DNA of 64,000 bases, from positions 288,001 to 352,000 of the forward strand of contig OY759729.1 in the NCBI GenBank assembly GCA_963662585.1, given 5' to 3'. The position numbers were made by a program, and so were the translations under genes. Below, one piece after another: positions 1 through 10,769 of this stretch. This DNA comes from Candidatus Cloacimonadales bacterium (GTDB taxonomy: Bacteria; Cloacimonadota; Cloacimonadia; Cloacimonadales; JAFGVF01). Position 1 is the stretch's first letter, and every line of letters starts with the position of its first letter. The notes beneath the pieces are model-generated. The model was given only the letters and a program-made list of their open reading frames with translations, had not been told where the DNA came from and ran no database searches.

Positions 1-45
1 GAGAAATTTCATTTCTGATTATACTTTCCTTCAAAGGAGGAAATT

Positions 46-747
46 ATGAAAATAAGTGATTTCAAGGGTATTTTTAAGAAAAGTAAGATTACCCTCATCA
101 ATAAAGAAAATATTGCTTTAGATTACTGGCAATTCGATTTTAAAATTGATAAAGGCTACAGCTGGGAAGCTGGAGAACATGGAGCTTTTTTAATCCGAAA
201 ACCAAAAATTAAAGGTAAATCATTTCGCGCTTTTAGTGTAGCTTCTCTTCCTGAAGAAGGTTTTTTGAGAATAATTACTCGAACTGGCCAAAATATTAGT
301 AACTACAAGCAAGCACTCATTAATTTTAAGCTAGGTGATAAACTTACCCTTATTGGTCCTTTTGGCTGGTTCAAACTTCCAGTAAAGCCTGCGCCTATAG
401 TTATCATTGTAGGAGGAGTAGGCTTTGCTCCAGCTCGTGCTCTTCTTAAAGAACTTCAAGATAAAAGAGCTTTTTCTTGCAAACTTCTTTATATCTCCAA
501 AGATATCTATTTATGTAAAGATGAGATAAATAAAATAGCTTCCACTAATGAAGATATTTCTATTAGCTATTTATCTGATAAAGATTCTCTTATAAATTCT
601 ATCGAAGACATTACTTTAACTTATCATAATCAAGCATATTATTATATTTCAGGATCTCCCAGCATGATTAAAGGAGTAAAAAAGCAATTAAAATCTTTGA
701 ATATTAAAAGAAACAGAATGATAAGTGACCCCTTCTTTGGTTATTGA
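46..747 (+). CDS. FAD/NAD(P)-binding oxidoreductase (ferredoxin-NADP reductase-like)
   Basis: RAFSVAS (RxYS-like FAD motif), GPFG, GGVGFAP, YISGSP; AAGGAGG RBS upstream. Confidence 0.8.
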   Translation: MKISDFKGIFKKSKITLINKENIALDYWQFDFKIDKGYSWEAGEHGAFLIRKPKIKGKSFRAFSVASLPEEGFLRIITRTGQNISNYKQALINFKLGDKLTLIGPFGWFKLPVKPAPIVIIVGGVGFAPARALLKELQDKRAFSCKLLYISKDIYLCKDEINKIASTNEDISISYLSDKDSLINSIEDITLTYHNQAYYYISGSPSMIKGVKKQLKSLNIKRNRMISDPFFGY

Positions 748-945
748 TAACTTCTCTTCCTTTACTCCTTCTCACTCATCTCATAATTTCTTTGAATATT
801 ATTTGAAGAGAGTGAGAAAGAGGATAAAGTAGGGAGTTGAGGACCAAGAAATGTGGTGTTAAAAAATAGTAATTTCTTTAAGTGATGACATTCCCTTCTT
901 GACAAAATATGCAAGCAATTTTTACTTATTTCAAAATAAATCTAG

Positions 946-1665
946 GTGGAAAATATTATGATAGAAAGAGCATTTGATCAATATGCCTCAAAATACGATG
1001 AGTGGTTTTTAAAAAATGTTAATGTCTTAGCTTCTGAAGTAGCTTTAGTTGCTCATTTTTTAGCTAATCCTGGACGCTCCCTTTCAATAGGTTGTGGAAG
1101 TGGTTTGTTTGAAGCTATTTTAAAAAAAGAATATAATATAACAATTACAGAAGGTATAGAACCTGCTGAAGGAATGGCAGAAATTGCCATGAAAAGAGGC
1201 TTGAAAGTAACTATTGGTACTGCAGAAGATACTGATTTTGGTACAGAACTTTACGACACAGTAATGTTTAACGGAACTCCAAGTTATATCACAGACTTAC
1301 AGAAAGCTGTTAATAAAGCCTATAAAGCTCTTAAACCTGGAGGAATGATTCTCCTTATTGATGTTCCTAAAGAAAGTAGCTATGGCTTACTCTATAACCT
1401 AGCCAAAGAGATAGGAAGCTGGGAACATAAATATTTCCAAGAAGCAAAAGCTCCCAATGCTTACCCAATCTCCTTCATTAATGAATCTAATTGGAGATCT
1501 ACTCCAGAAAAAACTCGAATGCTGAAAAATGCAGGTTTCACAGATTTTGAGTTTGCACAAACATTAACTAAACATCCTGCTTACTCTGATGAAGTTGCTG
1601 AAAAACCAATTCCTGGCTTTGATTGCGGGGATTATGTTGCTATCAAGGGAATTAAGACCACTTAA
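946..1665 (+). CDS. Class I SAM-dependent methyltransferase
   Basis: SIGCGSG motif I, LKPGG post-II motif; start could be ATG at 958. Confidence 0.85.
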   Translation: MENIMIERAFDQYASKYDEWFLKNVNVLASEVALVAHFLANPGRSLSIGCGSGLFEAILKKEYNITITEGIEPAEGMAEIAMKRGLKVTIGTAEDTDFGTELYDTVMFNGTPSYITDLQKAVNKAYKALKPGGMILLIDVPKESSYGLLYNLAKEIGSWEHKYFQEAKAPNAYPISFINESNWRSTPEKTRMLKNAGFTDFEFAQTLTKHPAYSDEVAEKPIPGFDCGDYVAIKGIKTT

Positions 1666-1755
1666 GTCCCGGAGGGATGTCATATAATAGGGAGTGTTCA
1701 CAAGGCACTCCAAGAGGTCCCCTTTCACAAAAAAAAGACTTTAAAAGGATATAAT

Positions 1756-2550
1756 ATGAAACTAAATGTATGGAAAGATATTGCAGAAATCAGAGAGAAA
1801 TCTCCTCTAGTGCATAATATTACTAATTTTGTGGTAATGAACAATACTGCAAATGCCTTACTTTCAATAGGAGCATCTCCTGTAATGGCCCACGCTATAG
1901 AAGAAGTTGCAGATATGGCGACCATAGCCTCGGCATTAGTTGTAAATATTGGCACCCTGAGTGAGCACTGGATTGAAGCGATGAAAGTTGCTATTGAAAC
2001 AGCTGGCTTAAGGAAAATACCAATAATTATCGACCCCGTAGGAGTTGGTGCTACAAGATTTAGGACTAAAACAGTAAAAGACCTTTTAGCTATAACCAAT
2101 CCAACTGTAATCCGCGGAAATGCTTCTGAGATTATGGCCTTAACTGATACCAATGTCCAGACTAAAGGCGTAGATAGCAATCACTCTTCAGATAATGCTT
2201 TGGTGGCTGCTCAAAATTTAGCTAAAGAACATAAATGTATTGTGGTAGTTAGTGGTGAAACTGACATTATCACTGATGGAGATAAAACAATCTTTATAGA
2301 AAATGGTGATTTAATGATGCCGAAAGTTACAGGATTAGGTTGTACTGCTTCCGCATTAACAGGTGCTTTCTGTGCAGTTAATCATAACTATCTAGAAGCA
2401 TGTGCTCATGCTATGGCTCTTATGGGTATCAGTGGAGAAATTGCTGTTAAAGATTCTAATGGCCCAGCTTCATTACAAATGAATTTCCTAGATAAGCTAT
2501 ATAATATTTCAGAAGAAGAAGTTTCAGCTAATCTTAAGTACCATGAGTAA
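1756..2550 (+). CDS. thiM: Hydroxyethylthiazole kinase
   Basis: PLVHNITNFVVMN, NIGTL, DPVGVGAT, IRGNASEI, TGLGC. Confidence 0.95.
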   Translation: MKLNVWKDIAEIREKSPLVHNITNFVVMNNTANALLSIGASPVMAHAIEEVADMATIASALVVNIGTLSEHWIEAMKVAIETAGLRKIPIIIDPVGVGATRFRTKTVKDLLAITNPTVIRGNASEIMALTDTNVQTKGVDSNHSSDNALVAAQNLAKEHKCIVVVSGETDIITDGDKTIFIENGDLMMPKVTGLGCTASALTGAFCAVNHNYLEACAHAMALMGISGEIAVKDSNGPASLQMNFLDKLYNISEEEVSANLKYHE

Positions 2551-3181
2551 ATTAAATGTAGATTATAGTTTGTACTTAGTTACAGACAGAGAACTCACCC
2601 TGAATAGAGATTTACTCTTTGTTATTGAAGAAGCTATTCAGGGTGGAGTCTCAATTATTCAACTTAGAGAGAAGAACTGTTCTTCCCGTGAATTCTATGA
2701 TATTGCTGTTAAGGTTGCCAAAATAACCAAGAAACATAATATCCCTCTAATCATTAATGACAGATTAGATATTGCTCAAGCTGTTAATGCTCAAGGACTT
2801 CACATAGGGCAATCTGATCTTCCCTATTCTATTGCTCGGAGTATCTTAGGTCCTGATGCTATAATCGGTTTATCTGTTGAAACTATCCAAGATGCTATTG
2901 ATGCTGAGTCTTTAGATGTTGATTACCTTGGCATTAGCCCTGTTTTCTCAACTAATACTAAAACTGATATAGCTAAACCTCTTGGCCTAGAAGGTATTAG
3001 GGAAATCAAAAGACTTTCTTCCCATAAATTAATTGCTATTGGGGGGATTAATCTGCAAAATACCAGAGCTATTATAGAAGCTGGGGCTGATGGCATAGCT
3101 GTAGTTTCAGCTATCTGTTCAGCAGAATCACCAAGAAAAGCGAGTGAAAAACTGAAAGAGGAATTGAAAGTTGGAAATTGA
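2543..3181 (+). CDS. thiE: Thiamine-phosphate synthase
   Basis: LYLVTD, QLREK, INDRLD, GLHIGQSD, AIGGI, AVVSAI; overlaps thiM stop. Confidence 0.95.
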   Translation: MSKLNVDYSLYLVTDRELTLNRDLLFVIEEAIQGGVSIIQLREKNCSSREFYDIAVKVAKITKKHNIPLIINDRLDIAQAVNAQGLHIGQSDLPYSIARSILGPDAIIGLSVETIQDAIDAESLDVDYLGISPVFSTNTKTDIAKPLGLEGIREIKRLSSHKLIAIGGINLQNTRAIIEAGADGIAVVSAICSAESPRKASEKLKEELKVGN

Positions 3182-3245
3182 GAGTGGAGAATTGAGAGTG
3201 GAGAATTGAGAATGGAGAATTGAGAATTGAGAATGGAGAAATGAG
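3173..3245. repeat. Heptamer tandem repeat (GAGAATT/GAGAGTG/GAGAATG), about 10 copies
   Basis: Read directly; overlaps the thiE stop codon. Confidence 0.9.
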
Positions 3246-3380
3246 TTGTTTCTTAACTGGGAATATGGGTATCCCTGCCAGGTGTTTCTTCAGTGAAATA
3301 CACTGCCACCCCTCTTTAGCATCCCTTCAGGATTAAGAGGGGAGTTAATGGCGGAGATAATCTCCAGCCTGTTCGTCTTT

Positions 3381-3476
3381 CTTAAAACTCTTCTGTCGGA
3401 CGGTGGACAGCCTGTCCGCCATTCTCTTAAAACTCTTCTGTCGGACGGTGGACAGCCTGTCCGCCATTCTCTTAAA
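3381..3476. repeat. 45-bp exact tandem duplication containing a REP-like hairpin
   Basis: CTTAAAACTCTTCTGTCGGACGGTGGACAGCCTGTCCGCCATTCT at 3381 and 3426. Confidence 0.9.
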
Positions 3477-3555
3477 CCTCGTATTTCGAGGTATTGTGGA
3501 TTCTCTAATCCGCAAATCTTAGTTCTTTAAATTTATGTATTAATGGAGAAAAAAA

Positions 3556-4362
3556 GTGAAAAAATATACAAGATTATTAACGATAGCTGGTTCAGATAGC
3601 GGTGGCGGTGCCGGAATTCAAGCGGACTTAAAGACTTTTAGTGCTTTAGGATGTTATGGAATGAGTGTAATAGCAGCCCTTACTGCCCAAAATACTCTTG
3701 GTGTTACAGGCATATACCCAGTTACACCTGACTTTGTTAAAGAACAAATTGATGCAGTTCTTTCAGATATCGGAGCTGATGCTATTAAGATAGGAATGCT
3801 CAGTACTCCTCAAGTAATCGAAACAGTTGCAAATTCATTAAAAGATTATAATATCACTACAATTGTACTTGATCCTGTAATGGTAGCTAAATCAGGCGAT
3901 AAGCTTCTACAAGACAATGCTATTGAAGCTTTAATAAAAAACTTATTCCCTCTTGCCCTCATTATCACTCCTAACCTAAGCGAAGCTGAAGTATTAACTA
4001 ATATGAAAATTACTAATCGGACTGAAATGCTTGAAGCAGGAAAAAAACTTCTTTCTTATGGTTGTCAAAATGTTATTCTTAAAGGTAGTTTTTTTAAAGA
4101 TGATATTCTACCTGATCTATTTATTAATAGCAAGCAAGAAGTTCTTTGGTTAGAAACAGCCAGAATTGATACTATTAACAATCATGGAACAGGTTGTACT
4201 CTTTCCTCTGCTATTGCTTCTTATCTTGGACAAGGAAAGAGTGTTCTTGAATCTGTAAGTCTAGCCAAAACATATATCACTGAAGCGATTTCTGATGGTG
4301 CTTTCTACCAACTTGGTAAAGGAAAGAGTCCTGTTAATCACTTCTACAAACTCTGGAAGTAG
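3556..4362 (+). CDS. thiD: Hydroxymethylpyrimidine/phosphomethylpyrimidine kinase
   Basis: LTIAGSDSGGGAGIQADLKT, TAQNT, KIGML, DPVM, TPNLSEA, HGTGCTLSSAI. Confidence 0.95.
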   Translation: MKKYTRLLTIAGSDSGGGAGIQADLKTFSALGCYGMSVIAALTAQNTLGVTGIYPVTPDFVKEQIDAVLSDIGADAIKIGMLSTPQVIETVANSLKDYNITTIVLDPVMVAKSGDKLLQDNAIEALIKNLFPLALIITPNLSEAEVLTNMKITNRTEMLEAGKKLLSYGCQNVILKGSFFKDDILPDLFINSKQEVLWLETARIDTINNHGTGCTLSSAIASYLGQGKSVLESVSLAKTYITEAISDGAFYQLGKGKSPVNHFYKLWK

Positions 4363-4364
4363 TA

Positions 4365-5015
4365 ATGAAAACTACCGATACTCTTTGGACCAGAGCTTCA
4401 GAAATTATTAACAAACACCTTTATCACCAGTTTTCTCTAAGATTAGCCCAAGGAACACTTCCTACAGATGTATTTCGTTTCTATCTCCAACAGGATGCTA
4501 TCTATATTAAGCACTACGCCCAAGCTATGAATATTATGGCAAGAAAAGCTCCAACTGAAGAAATAAAAGAACTATTCTTGAAGTTATCGCAGGAATCTTA
4601 TCAACTAGAACATATTTTTCAGGAAGAATTATTCCGTGATTATCAAGTTGAGAAAAGCCAAGTAATGCAACCAGCTTGCTTAGCTTATACTTCCTATTTA
4701 ATTGCTACTATTAGCACATCAACTTTCATTGAGGGACTTACTGCTCTTCTCCCCTGCTTTTGGGTATATTTAGAGAATGGTAAAAAGATAGCAAAAGATA
4801 GTATTGAAAATAACCCCTACCAAGCATGGATAGATACTTATGTTTCTGAAGAATTTATTGCCCAGACAGAATTAGTAAAAAAGTTTGTAAATATTTACAG
4901 TGAGAATTTATCTGAATTAGAACTTGATAAACTTTCTACGATATTTAACTATTCATGTAGATTAGATTTGCAATTCATGGACGACGCTTATCATTTAAGG
5001 AAATGGTATAAATAA
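4365..5015 (+). CDS. tenA: Thiaminase II / TenA family protein
   Basis: FYLQQD, LLPCFWVY (catalytic Cys), YQAWIDTY; follows thiD. Confidence 0.85.
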   Translation: MKTTDTLWTRASEIINKHLYHQFSLRLAQGTLPTDVFRFYLQQDAIYIKHYAQAMNIMARKAPTEEIKELFLKLSQESYQLEHIFQEELFRDYQVEKSQVMQPACLAYTSYLIATISTSTFIEGLTALLPCFWVYLENGKKIAKDSIENNPYQAWIDTYVSEEFIAQTELVKKFVNIYSENLSELELDKLSTIFNYSCRLDLQFMDDAYHLRKWYK

Positions 5016-5018
5016 ACT

Positions 5019-5759
5019 ATGTTCACCTTAGAAATTTGCCTCGATTCTGTTGAATCAGCTATCATAGCACAAGAAGCGGGAGCTGATAGGGTCGAACTTT
5101 GTGCTAACCTATTGGAAGGTGGAACAAGTCCCTCTTATGGAATGATTAAAGCTGTCAGAGAGAATATTAGTATTGAGCTTGCAGTAATGATTCGTCCTAG
5201 GGGTGGAGATTTTTGCTATTCTGACGCAGAGTTCGCTATTATGAAGGAAGATATTCTTATAGCCAAGAAATTAGGAGTCAACTGTGTAGTATTCGGAATT
5301 CTTCTACCTACTGGAGATATCGATATTCCTAGAACATCTCAGTTAGTTACCCTAGCAAAACCTATGCAAGTAACCTTTCATCGAGCTTTTGATGTAGCTA
5401 GAGATCCTTTTCAGGCTCTTGAAGATATAATTTCTACCGGGATTGATAGACTTCTAACTTCGGGACAAGCTCCCAAAGCTATAGAAGGGAAAGAACTTAT
5501 CAAGGCTTTAGTTCTAAAAGCCAAAAAGAGAATCTCCATTATGGCAGGCTCAGGAGTTAATCCTGAGAACAGGGATGAATTACTTCAATATTGTGAAGTG
5601 AAAGAATTGCACCTAACAGCAAAAAAATTTGTTGATGGTGATATGCATTATAGACCTGAGAAGATATCTATGAGCAGTTGTAAAGTAAATTCAGAATATC
5701 AAAAAAGTATAGCTGATTATCAAATTATTACTAAAATGAGGAAGTCTTCAACATTTTAA
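5019..5759 (+). CDS. cutC: CutC family copper homeostasis protein
   Basis: LEIC, GADRVELC, GGTSPS, MIRPRGGDF, TFHRAFD, LLTSG. Confidence 0.92.
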   Translation: MFTLEICLDSVESAIIAQEAGADRVELCANLLEGGTSPSYGMIKAVRENISIELAVMIRPRGGDFCYSDAEFAIMKEDILIAKKLGVNCVVFGILLPTGDIDIPRTSQLVTLAKPMQVTFHRAFDVARDPFQALEDIISTGIDRLLTSGQAPKAIEGKELIKALVLKAKKRISIMAGSGVNPENRDELLQYCEVKELHLTAKKFVDGDMHYRPEKISMSSCKVNSEYQKSIADYQIITKMRKSSTF

Positions 5760-6252
5760 TCATCTCAACAATATCTCTATCTTTTCTAATAATAACAAGG
5801 TTATTATAACAGGACTTCTCTAAATCCTTAATTTCCCTCTTCCTAAGCTTATATGTCTTGAGTATCCAAACAAAAATGCTATCTGAAGAAAACACCGAGC
5901 TTAGTTTTTCTATATTGCCATTACAGACTTTTTTCTGGGTATAGATTCTATTAAAAGATCTCTTACAACACCTAATAAGTATCTTCAATAGAGAGTAATC
6001 AAGATAAATTAAATAATCAGGACTAACATCTAAGTTCTTATATACTTTGCTATAATTACCATCTATTACCCAGGAATCTTGACTTATCTTTTTTTCAACC
6101 TTACTAAGTAATTCATTCAGTTCTCTCTCTTTCCAACCAGGTAACCAATATAATTCATCTAACTCAATATGAGGGATATTAAACTCTTTTGAAAGTCTCT
6201 TGGCTAGTGTTGTCTTTCCAGAACATGCCACTCCTCTAATAGATATCTTCAT
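5731..6252 (-). CDS. P-loop kinase (adenylate kinase-like / FlaR-like)
   Basis: GVACSGKTT Walker A, LDELYWLPGW, WVIDGNY. Confidence 0.8.
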   Translation of the reverse strand: MKISIRGVACSGKTTLAKRLSKEFNIPHIELDELYWLPGWKERELNELLSKVEKKISQDSWVIDGNYSKVYKNLDVSPDYLIYLDYSLLKILIRCCKRSFNRIYTQKKVCNGNIEKLSSVFSSDSIFVWILKTYKLRKREIKDLEKSCYNNLVIIRKDRDIVEMIKMLKTSSF

Positions 6253-6330
6253 CTTTATGTTTTCTCCTATTTCTAATGATCTTTATCAAAACAGTATTTT
6301 GCATTCGGTGTTTAGAAAATTAATACAAGT

Positions 6331-6357
6331 AAAAAGCCCTGCAAATGCTGGGCTTTT
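6331..6357. terminator. Probable intrinsic terminator after the aminotransferase
   Basis: AAAAGCCC..GGGCTTTTT hairpin with A/T tracts on both sides. Confidence 0.6.
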
Positions 6358-6384
6358 TCTAAATATTATATTGTAATTTAATTA

Positions 6385-7581
6385 TTAAAACAACCTAGCT
6401 AATCTCTTCACACCCTCTTCAATAGTATCAGGGTCTGCAAAAGTGAAGTTTAATCTAATAACATTAAACTTCTCCTGTCCTTTAGGATAAAACTTTGAGC
6501 CTGGAATAAAACATACTTTCTCTGCTTTAGCAGCTTCAAAAAGCTCATCACCATTCATATCTTCAGGAAGAGTAATCCAGATAAACATTCCGCCTTCTGG
6601 AGAAGTCCATTTAACATTCTTAGGCATATATTTTTCAAGAGCATTAAGCATAGCATTTAGACTAGGTTTATAGATATCGGAAATTTTCTTTAACTGACCT
6701 TCTAACATATCCTTTTCTAAGAATCTAGCAACGACTCTTTGAGTAATACAATCACTACTTACGATTATCTTTTGCAACCAAAGGGCAACTTTAGCAATAA
6801 TAGCTTCATCACCCATTATATAGGCAGATCTCATGCCAGGACCTAGTACTTTAGAGAATGATTTAACACTGGTAACAATATTTTTGTCTTGTGCTCTAGC
6901 TATTTCAAAAATAGAATCAATTCTTTCTCCACAATAACGGAGTTCACCATAAGGATTATCTTCTAGAATTGGAATATCATAAAGTTCAGCAATTTCTATA
7001 AGTCTCTCTCTTTTCTCTCTACTCATAGTTACACCAGTTGGATTTTGAAATTCTGGAATAGTATAGATAAATTTTATCTTCTGATTATCAGCAATCAATT
7101 TCTGAATTTCAGTTTCTAATTCTTCCATATTCATTCCATCATTTTCAACTTCAACACCTTGTAACTTAGCTCCCATAGATTCAAAAGCAACAACTGTTCC
7201 AAGAAAACTAGGAGCTTCACAGATTATGTAATCGCCTTCATCTATGAAACATTTTGCATAAGCAAAAATAGCATTAGTAGAACCAACACTAGTAATAATC
7301 TCAGATTGTTTTAAAGCTGATTTCTTTTCATAGTTAATTAAAGCTGATTTCAAAACAGAATCGCCTTCAGAAGCACCGTATTGAAGCACTTCACGACCTT
7401 CCTTTTTAATCACATCAGCATATAATTTGCTTAACTCATCAACAGGGAAAGTTTTTGGGGAAGGAAATCCACCTGCAAAGGAGATTAAACCTTCAATACC
7501 TTTTGTAGAAGCTACTAATTCCCTAATCATAGATGAACCTTGATTTCTCGTACTTTGAGAAAATATTTCTTTGTAATCCAT
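6385..7581 (-). CDS. PLP-dependent aminotransferase class I/II (2-aminoadipate/aromatic type)
   Basis: ISFAGGFP, FQNPTG, EDNPY, SFSKVLGPGMR (PLP lysine), PEGGMF, RLNF. Confidence 0.9.
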   Translation of the reverse strand: MDYKEIFSQSTRNQGSSMIRELVASTKGIEGLISFAGGFPSPKTFPVDELSKLYADVIKKEGREVLQYGASEGDSVLKSALINYEKKSALKQSEIITSVGSTNAIFAYAKCFIDEGDYIICEAPSFLGTVVAFESMGAKLQGVEVENDGMNMEELETEIQKLIADNQKIKFIYTIPEFQNPTGVTMSREKRERLIEIAELYDIPILEDNPYGELRYCGERIDSIFEIARAQDKNIVTSVKSFSKVLGPGMRSAYIMGDEAIIAKVALWLQKIIVSSDCITQRVVARFLEKDMLEGQLKKISDIYKPSLNAMLNALEKYMPKNVKWTSPEGGMFIWITLPEDMNGDELFEAAKAEKVCFIPGSKFYPKGQEKFNVIRLNFTFADPDTIEEGVKRLARLF

Positions 7582-7808
7582 AATTCTTACCTACTTTTTA
7601 TTATATTATTCTTTGTTTGCCATTTTTAAGGAAGAGAGAAAATAAGTCAATAAAGAAATATTTTGTAGGTAAAAAGAGGTATAGAGCATCTGAAGGATAG
7701 TCAATAGAGCTTTATCACTAAGCTTGTTGATTCACAAATTTAGGTCATGTTAATCCTCTAACTCTGCTGTGGCAAGAGATAAATACAAAAACTTTAGCAA
7801 TAGCTATT

Positions 7809-8204
7809 CTATTGAAGTGAAATTATAACTTCTCTCTTTCTGGGACCATCAAATTCACAAAAGAAAATACCTTGCCAAGTGCCTAAGAGTAGTTCATTTG
7901 CTTCAAAAGGAATTGAGATTGAGCAACCTACTAAGCTGGAGAGTAAATGAGCATCAGAATTTCCTTCATTATGAAGATACTCTCGCAGTTTAGGACTCAA
8001 TCTTTTAAAAGCAAATTTTAAATCATAAATCACATCTGGATCAGCAGCTTCATTAATGGTAATTCCCGCAGTAGTATGAGGGATATAAACATTAGCAATG
8101 CCATTGTGGGCTGGGGATTCTTCCACAAACTCTTGAACTAACTTGGTTATTTCAATCATATCAATTTTACTTTTTGTGGTAACAGATATTCTTTTAATTA
8201 ACAT
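7809..8204 (-). CDS. yjbQ: YjbQ/UPF0047 family protein
   Basis: HTTAGITINE, HNEGNSDAH, LGTWQGIFFCEFDGPR; start moved to the ATG with a GGAGG RBS. Confidence 0.88.
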   Translation of the reverse strand: MLIKRISVTTKSKIDMIEITKLVQEFVEESPAHNGIANVYIPHTTAGITINEAADPDVIYDLKFAFKRLSPKLREYLHNEGNSDAHLLSSLVGCSISIPFEANELLLGTWQGIFFCEFDGPRKREVIISLQ

Positions 8205-8313
8205 AATTATCCTCCACATTCTTTAAACCAGAATATTGTATTAAGGTTCATTAATAATTTAACTAAATATTACTTAATTCAAAATATTATCTTGGAAATT
8301 CTCTACATAAACC

Positions 8314-10767
8314 TTAGTGCTTTATTGCTATATAATAGCCATATTCCAAAATATGATTTGAAGCAGTTTTACTTAGTAATTCTTGTGAATATTCCTTACA
8401 GTATTTACTTATATCTACTTTAAAGTCAGTATTATTAATAATAACAATTACTTTGGAGTTATTTGCAGGAATCCACCTTTCAAAAATAAGTAAGTGTTGA
8501 TTTTCTAAGAATTTGATCTTTCCATCAGTGAAATGCTTGTAGTTTTTCCTTAACTTTATTAAAGCCTTATAGAATCTCAAGAGCTCTACCCTATTGCTAT
8601 CGGATTCATAATCCCAGGGAAAAGGTCTGCGATTATCAGGGTCTTTATTACCATCAAGAAAAACTTCATCACCGTAATAGATGTGTGGAAGCCCGATATA
8701 GGTAAATTGGAAAATTAATGCTAGCTTTAATCTATCTAGATTGCTATCTACTAACTTGCGGATACGGACAGTATCATGTCCTCCTAGAAGGTTCATCTGA
8801 CTTTTAACCACATACTCAGGCAATGCTATTAAACCTGAAGATACCCTATTAATGAAGCTCTTCAGAGATATTTTCTTTTGGAAGAAATAGGCTACAGCAG
8901 GGTCTTTAAATGCTTGGTAATTCATAATTGCATCAAAATATTGACCTTGTAACCAATTGTCAGGGCTATTCCAAATTTCACCCACTATATAGATATCTGG
9001 ATTTACTTTCTTTAACATACTTCTAAATAGTTTCCAAAACCAAAATGGAACTTCTTCAGGCACATCTAACCTAAAGCCATCTATTTTGACAGTTTCTACC
9101 CAGTACTTCATCGCCTCTAAGAGATAATTTACTAATTCCACATTTACTTTTGCTTGTTGAATATCAGTTATCTGATTCTCTTCAGGTGATTGTCGCTTAA
9201 GGTCATAATTAAACTCTGGTAAATCCTTGATTCCCCACCAACACTGATAATACTCTTCAGCGTTAAAGTCTTTATCTAATTTAGAAGGTAAAGGCCATTT
9301 AGTCCAATCATACCAAGACCAATATGGGGATTTATCTCCCTTTTTTATGGTATCAGTAAAAGCAAAGAAATCAAATCCACAGTGGTTTAGAGCAATATCT
9401 ATTATTACTTTAATATCATTTTGGTGTAATTCTTCTACTAGGGACTGAAATGATTCATTAGTTCCCAGATGAGGATCAATACATTTAAAATCTATAGTGT
9501 CATAGCGATGAGGAGACTTAGCTTTGAAGATAGGATTAAAGTAAATTAAGGAGATTCCTAACTCTCTTAAATAGGGAATTTTGCTTTCTACCCCTGTTAA
9601 ATCACCTCCATAAAAAACAAACCAATCAGCTTCTTGATTCTCAGAATAGGGATTCTTAGTAAGAATATCTACTTCATTCCAGTCTGCCAAGTGATAATAC
9701 TCCTGATTACGAGTCAGGGACTCCTTTTTAGGTTTCTTCTTAGACTTATGATAGAACTTTTCGCTAAAATCAGGATTAAGGGCAGAATCGCCATTACAGA
9801 ATCTATCTGGCATTATCTGGTACATTATCCTATTTGAAATATCTTTATTGATTGAGAATATTTCATAATCATTAGGAAGAAATACTGAAGTTAATTCTTG
9901 ATTATTAGAAAGAGTATTTTGATTAGCCCAAAGCTCTATATTATTAAGCTTAAGAATTAATTTATAAGAGTAAATAAGGTCTGTATTATTTAATTCAATT
10001 ACTTTATTGAAGGAGCTATTTATCCCATTAGAAGCAACAAAATCCAATTCATAACTTTTATTATTAAGAGATAATTTAACTTGAATATTTTTGATGTCAG
10101 GTAGAATTGCTTTAAATTCAAATTCTTTTTCTGAATACCTATAAATCTTAATAATATCCTTCTTAAATTCAATCCTATTAGTATCATAGGAAGAAAGAAG
10201 ACTTTTAGCAATAGTAATATAGCTCTTTTGGCTTGTATCTAAAAGGGAATTTTTAGTCCTATTATCTAAAGCAACTTTATCCGTGCCAGCTTTAATTTCT
10301 TCTTCATTAAACCAGCGATTATCCTTGGCTAAGTATTTATATTGATATAAACCATTAGTAAGAAATAATGTCGTATTAAAGTACTCATCTTCTTGCTTTA
10401 AGCGATTATAATTTGGTTTCCACTTGTTAAAGTCTCCTACGATCGATATCTCTTCATAATTAAATCTATCTTTAATCTTGAAAGGAACTAAATAAAGGAA
10501 CTCTTCTGCAGGAGCTACTATTTTAAGGGAATATACAATATTATCAACTGTAATAGTTTCAGCATTGGGATCAAGAAATATCTTATTATTAACTAAAAAG
10601 TGATACTTATAACTTCCAGGAGCCAGTTGAACTGCTATTTCATAAAGCCCACCTAAATCTTCTAACTTAAGACTGGTTGGATTCCATGCGTTAAAATCTC
10701 CTACTAAATAAACATCCATATTACTGGCTATAGGAGGTTGATATCTGAATATTATTCTGTTTTTCAT
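8314..10767 (-). CDS. GH13 alpha-amylase family glycosidase (neopullulanase/cyclomaltodextrinase-like) with two N-terminal CBM48-like domains
   Basis: Two VGDFNxW..G.Y.Y repeats; YQIMPDRF, GGDL, GFRLDV, GEIW, GHD, YYGDE, DPDNRR. Confidence 0.88.
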   Translation of the reverse strand: MKNRIIFRYQPPIASNMDVYLVGDFNAWNPTSLKLEDLGGLYEIAVQLAPGSYKYHFLVNNKIFLDPNAETITVDNIVYSLKIVAPAEEFLYLVPFKIKDRFNYEEISIVGDFNKWKPNYNRLKQEDEYFNTTLFLTNGLYQYKYLAKDNRWFNEEEIKAGTDKVALDNRTKNSLLDTSQKSYITIAKSLLSSYDTNRIEFKKDIIKIYRYSEKEFEFKAILPDIKNIQVKLSLNNKSYELDFVASNGINSSFNKVIELNNTDLIYSYKLILKLNNIELWANQNTLSNNQELTSVFLPNDYEIFSINKDISNRIMYQIMPDRFCNGDSALNPDFSEKFYHKSKKKPKKESLTRNQEYYHLADWNEVDILTKNPYSENQEADWFVFYGGDLTGVESKIPYLRELGISLIYFNPIFKAKSPHRYDTIDFKCIDPHLGTNESFQSLVEELHQNDIKVIIDIALNHCGFDFFAFTDTIKKGDKSPYWSWYDWTKWPLPSKLDKDFNAEEYYQCWWGIKDLPEFNYDLKRQSPEENQITDIQQAKVNVELVNYLLEAMKYWVETVKIDGFRLDVPEEVPFWFWKLFRSMLKKVNPDIYIVGEIWNSPDNWLQGQYFDAIMNYQAFKDPAVAYFFQKKISLKSFINRVSSGLIALPEYVVKSQMNLLGGHDTVRIRKLVDSNLDRLKLALIFQFTYIGLPHIYYGDEVFLDGNKDPDNRRPFPWDYESDSNRVELLRFYKALIKLRKNYKHFTDGKIKFLENQHLLIFERWIPANNSKVIVIINNTDFKVDISKYCKEYSQELLSKTASNHILEYGYYIAIKH

Positions 10768-10769
10768 AG

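Noticed and set aside
1666..1755. TPP riboswitch upstream of thiM
   Set aside because: Only short hairpins (GTCCCGGAGGGAT, GGAGTG..CACTCC) are present; the conserved aptamer motifs are missing.
3348..3530. 60-aa ORF between thiE and thiD
   Set aside because: It is the translation of the 45-bp duplication and REP-like sequence.
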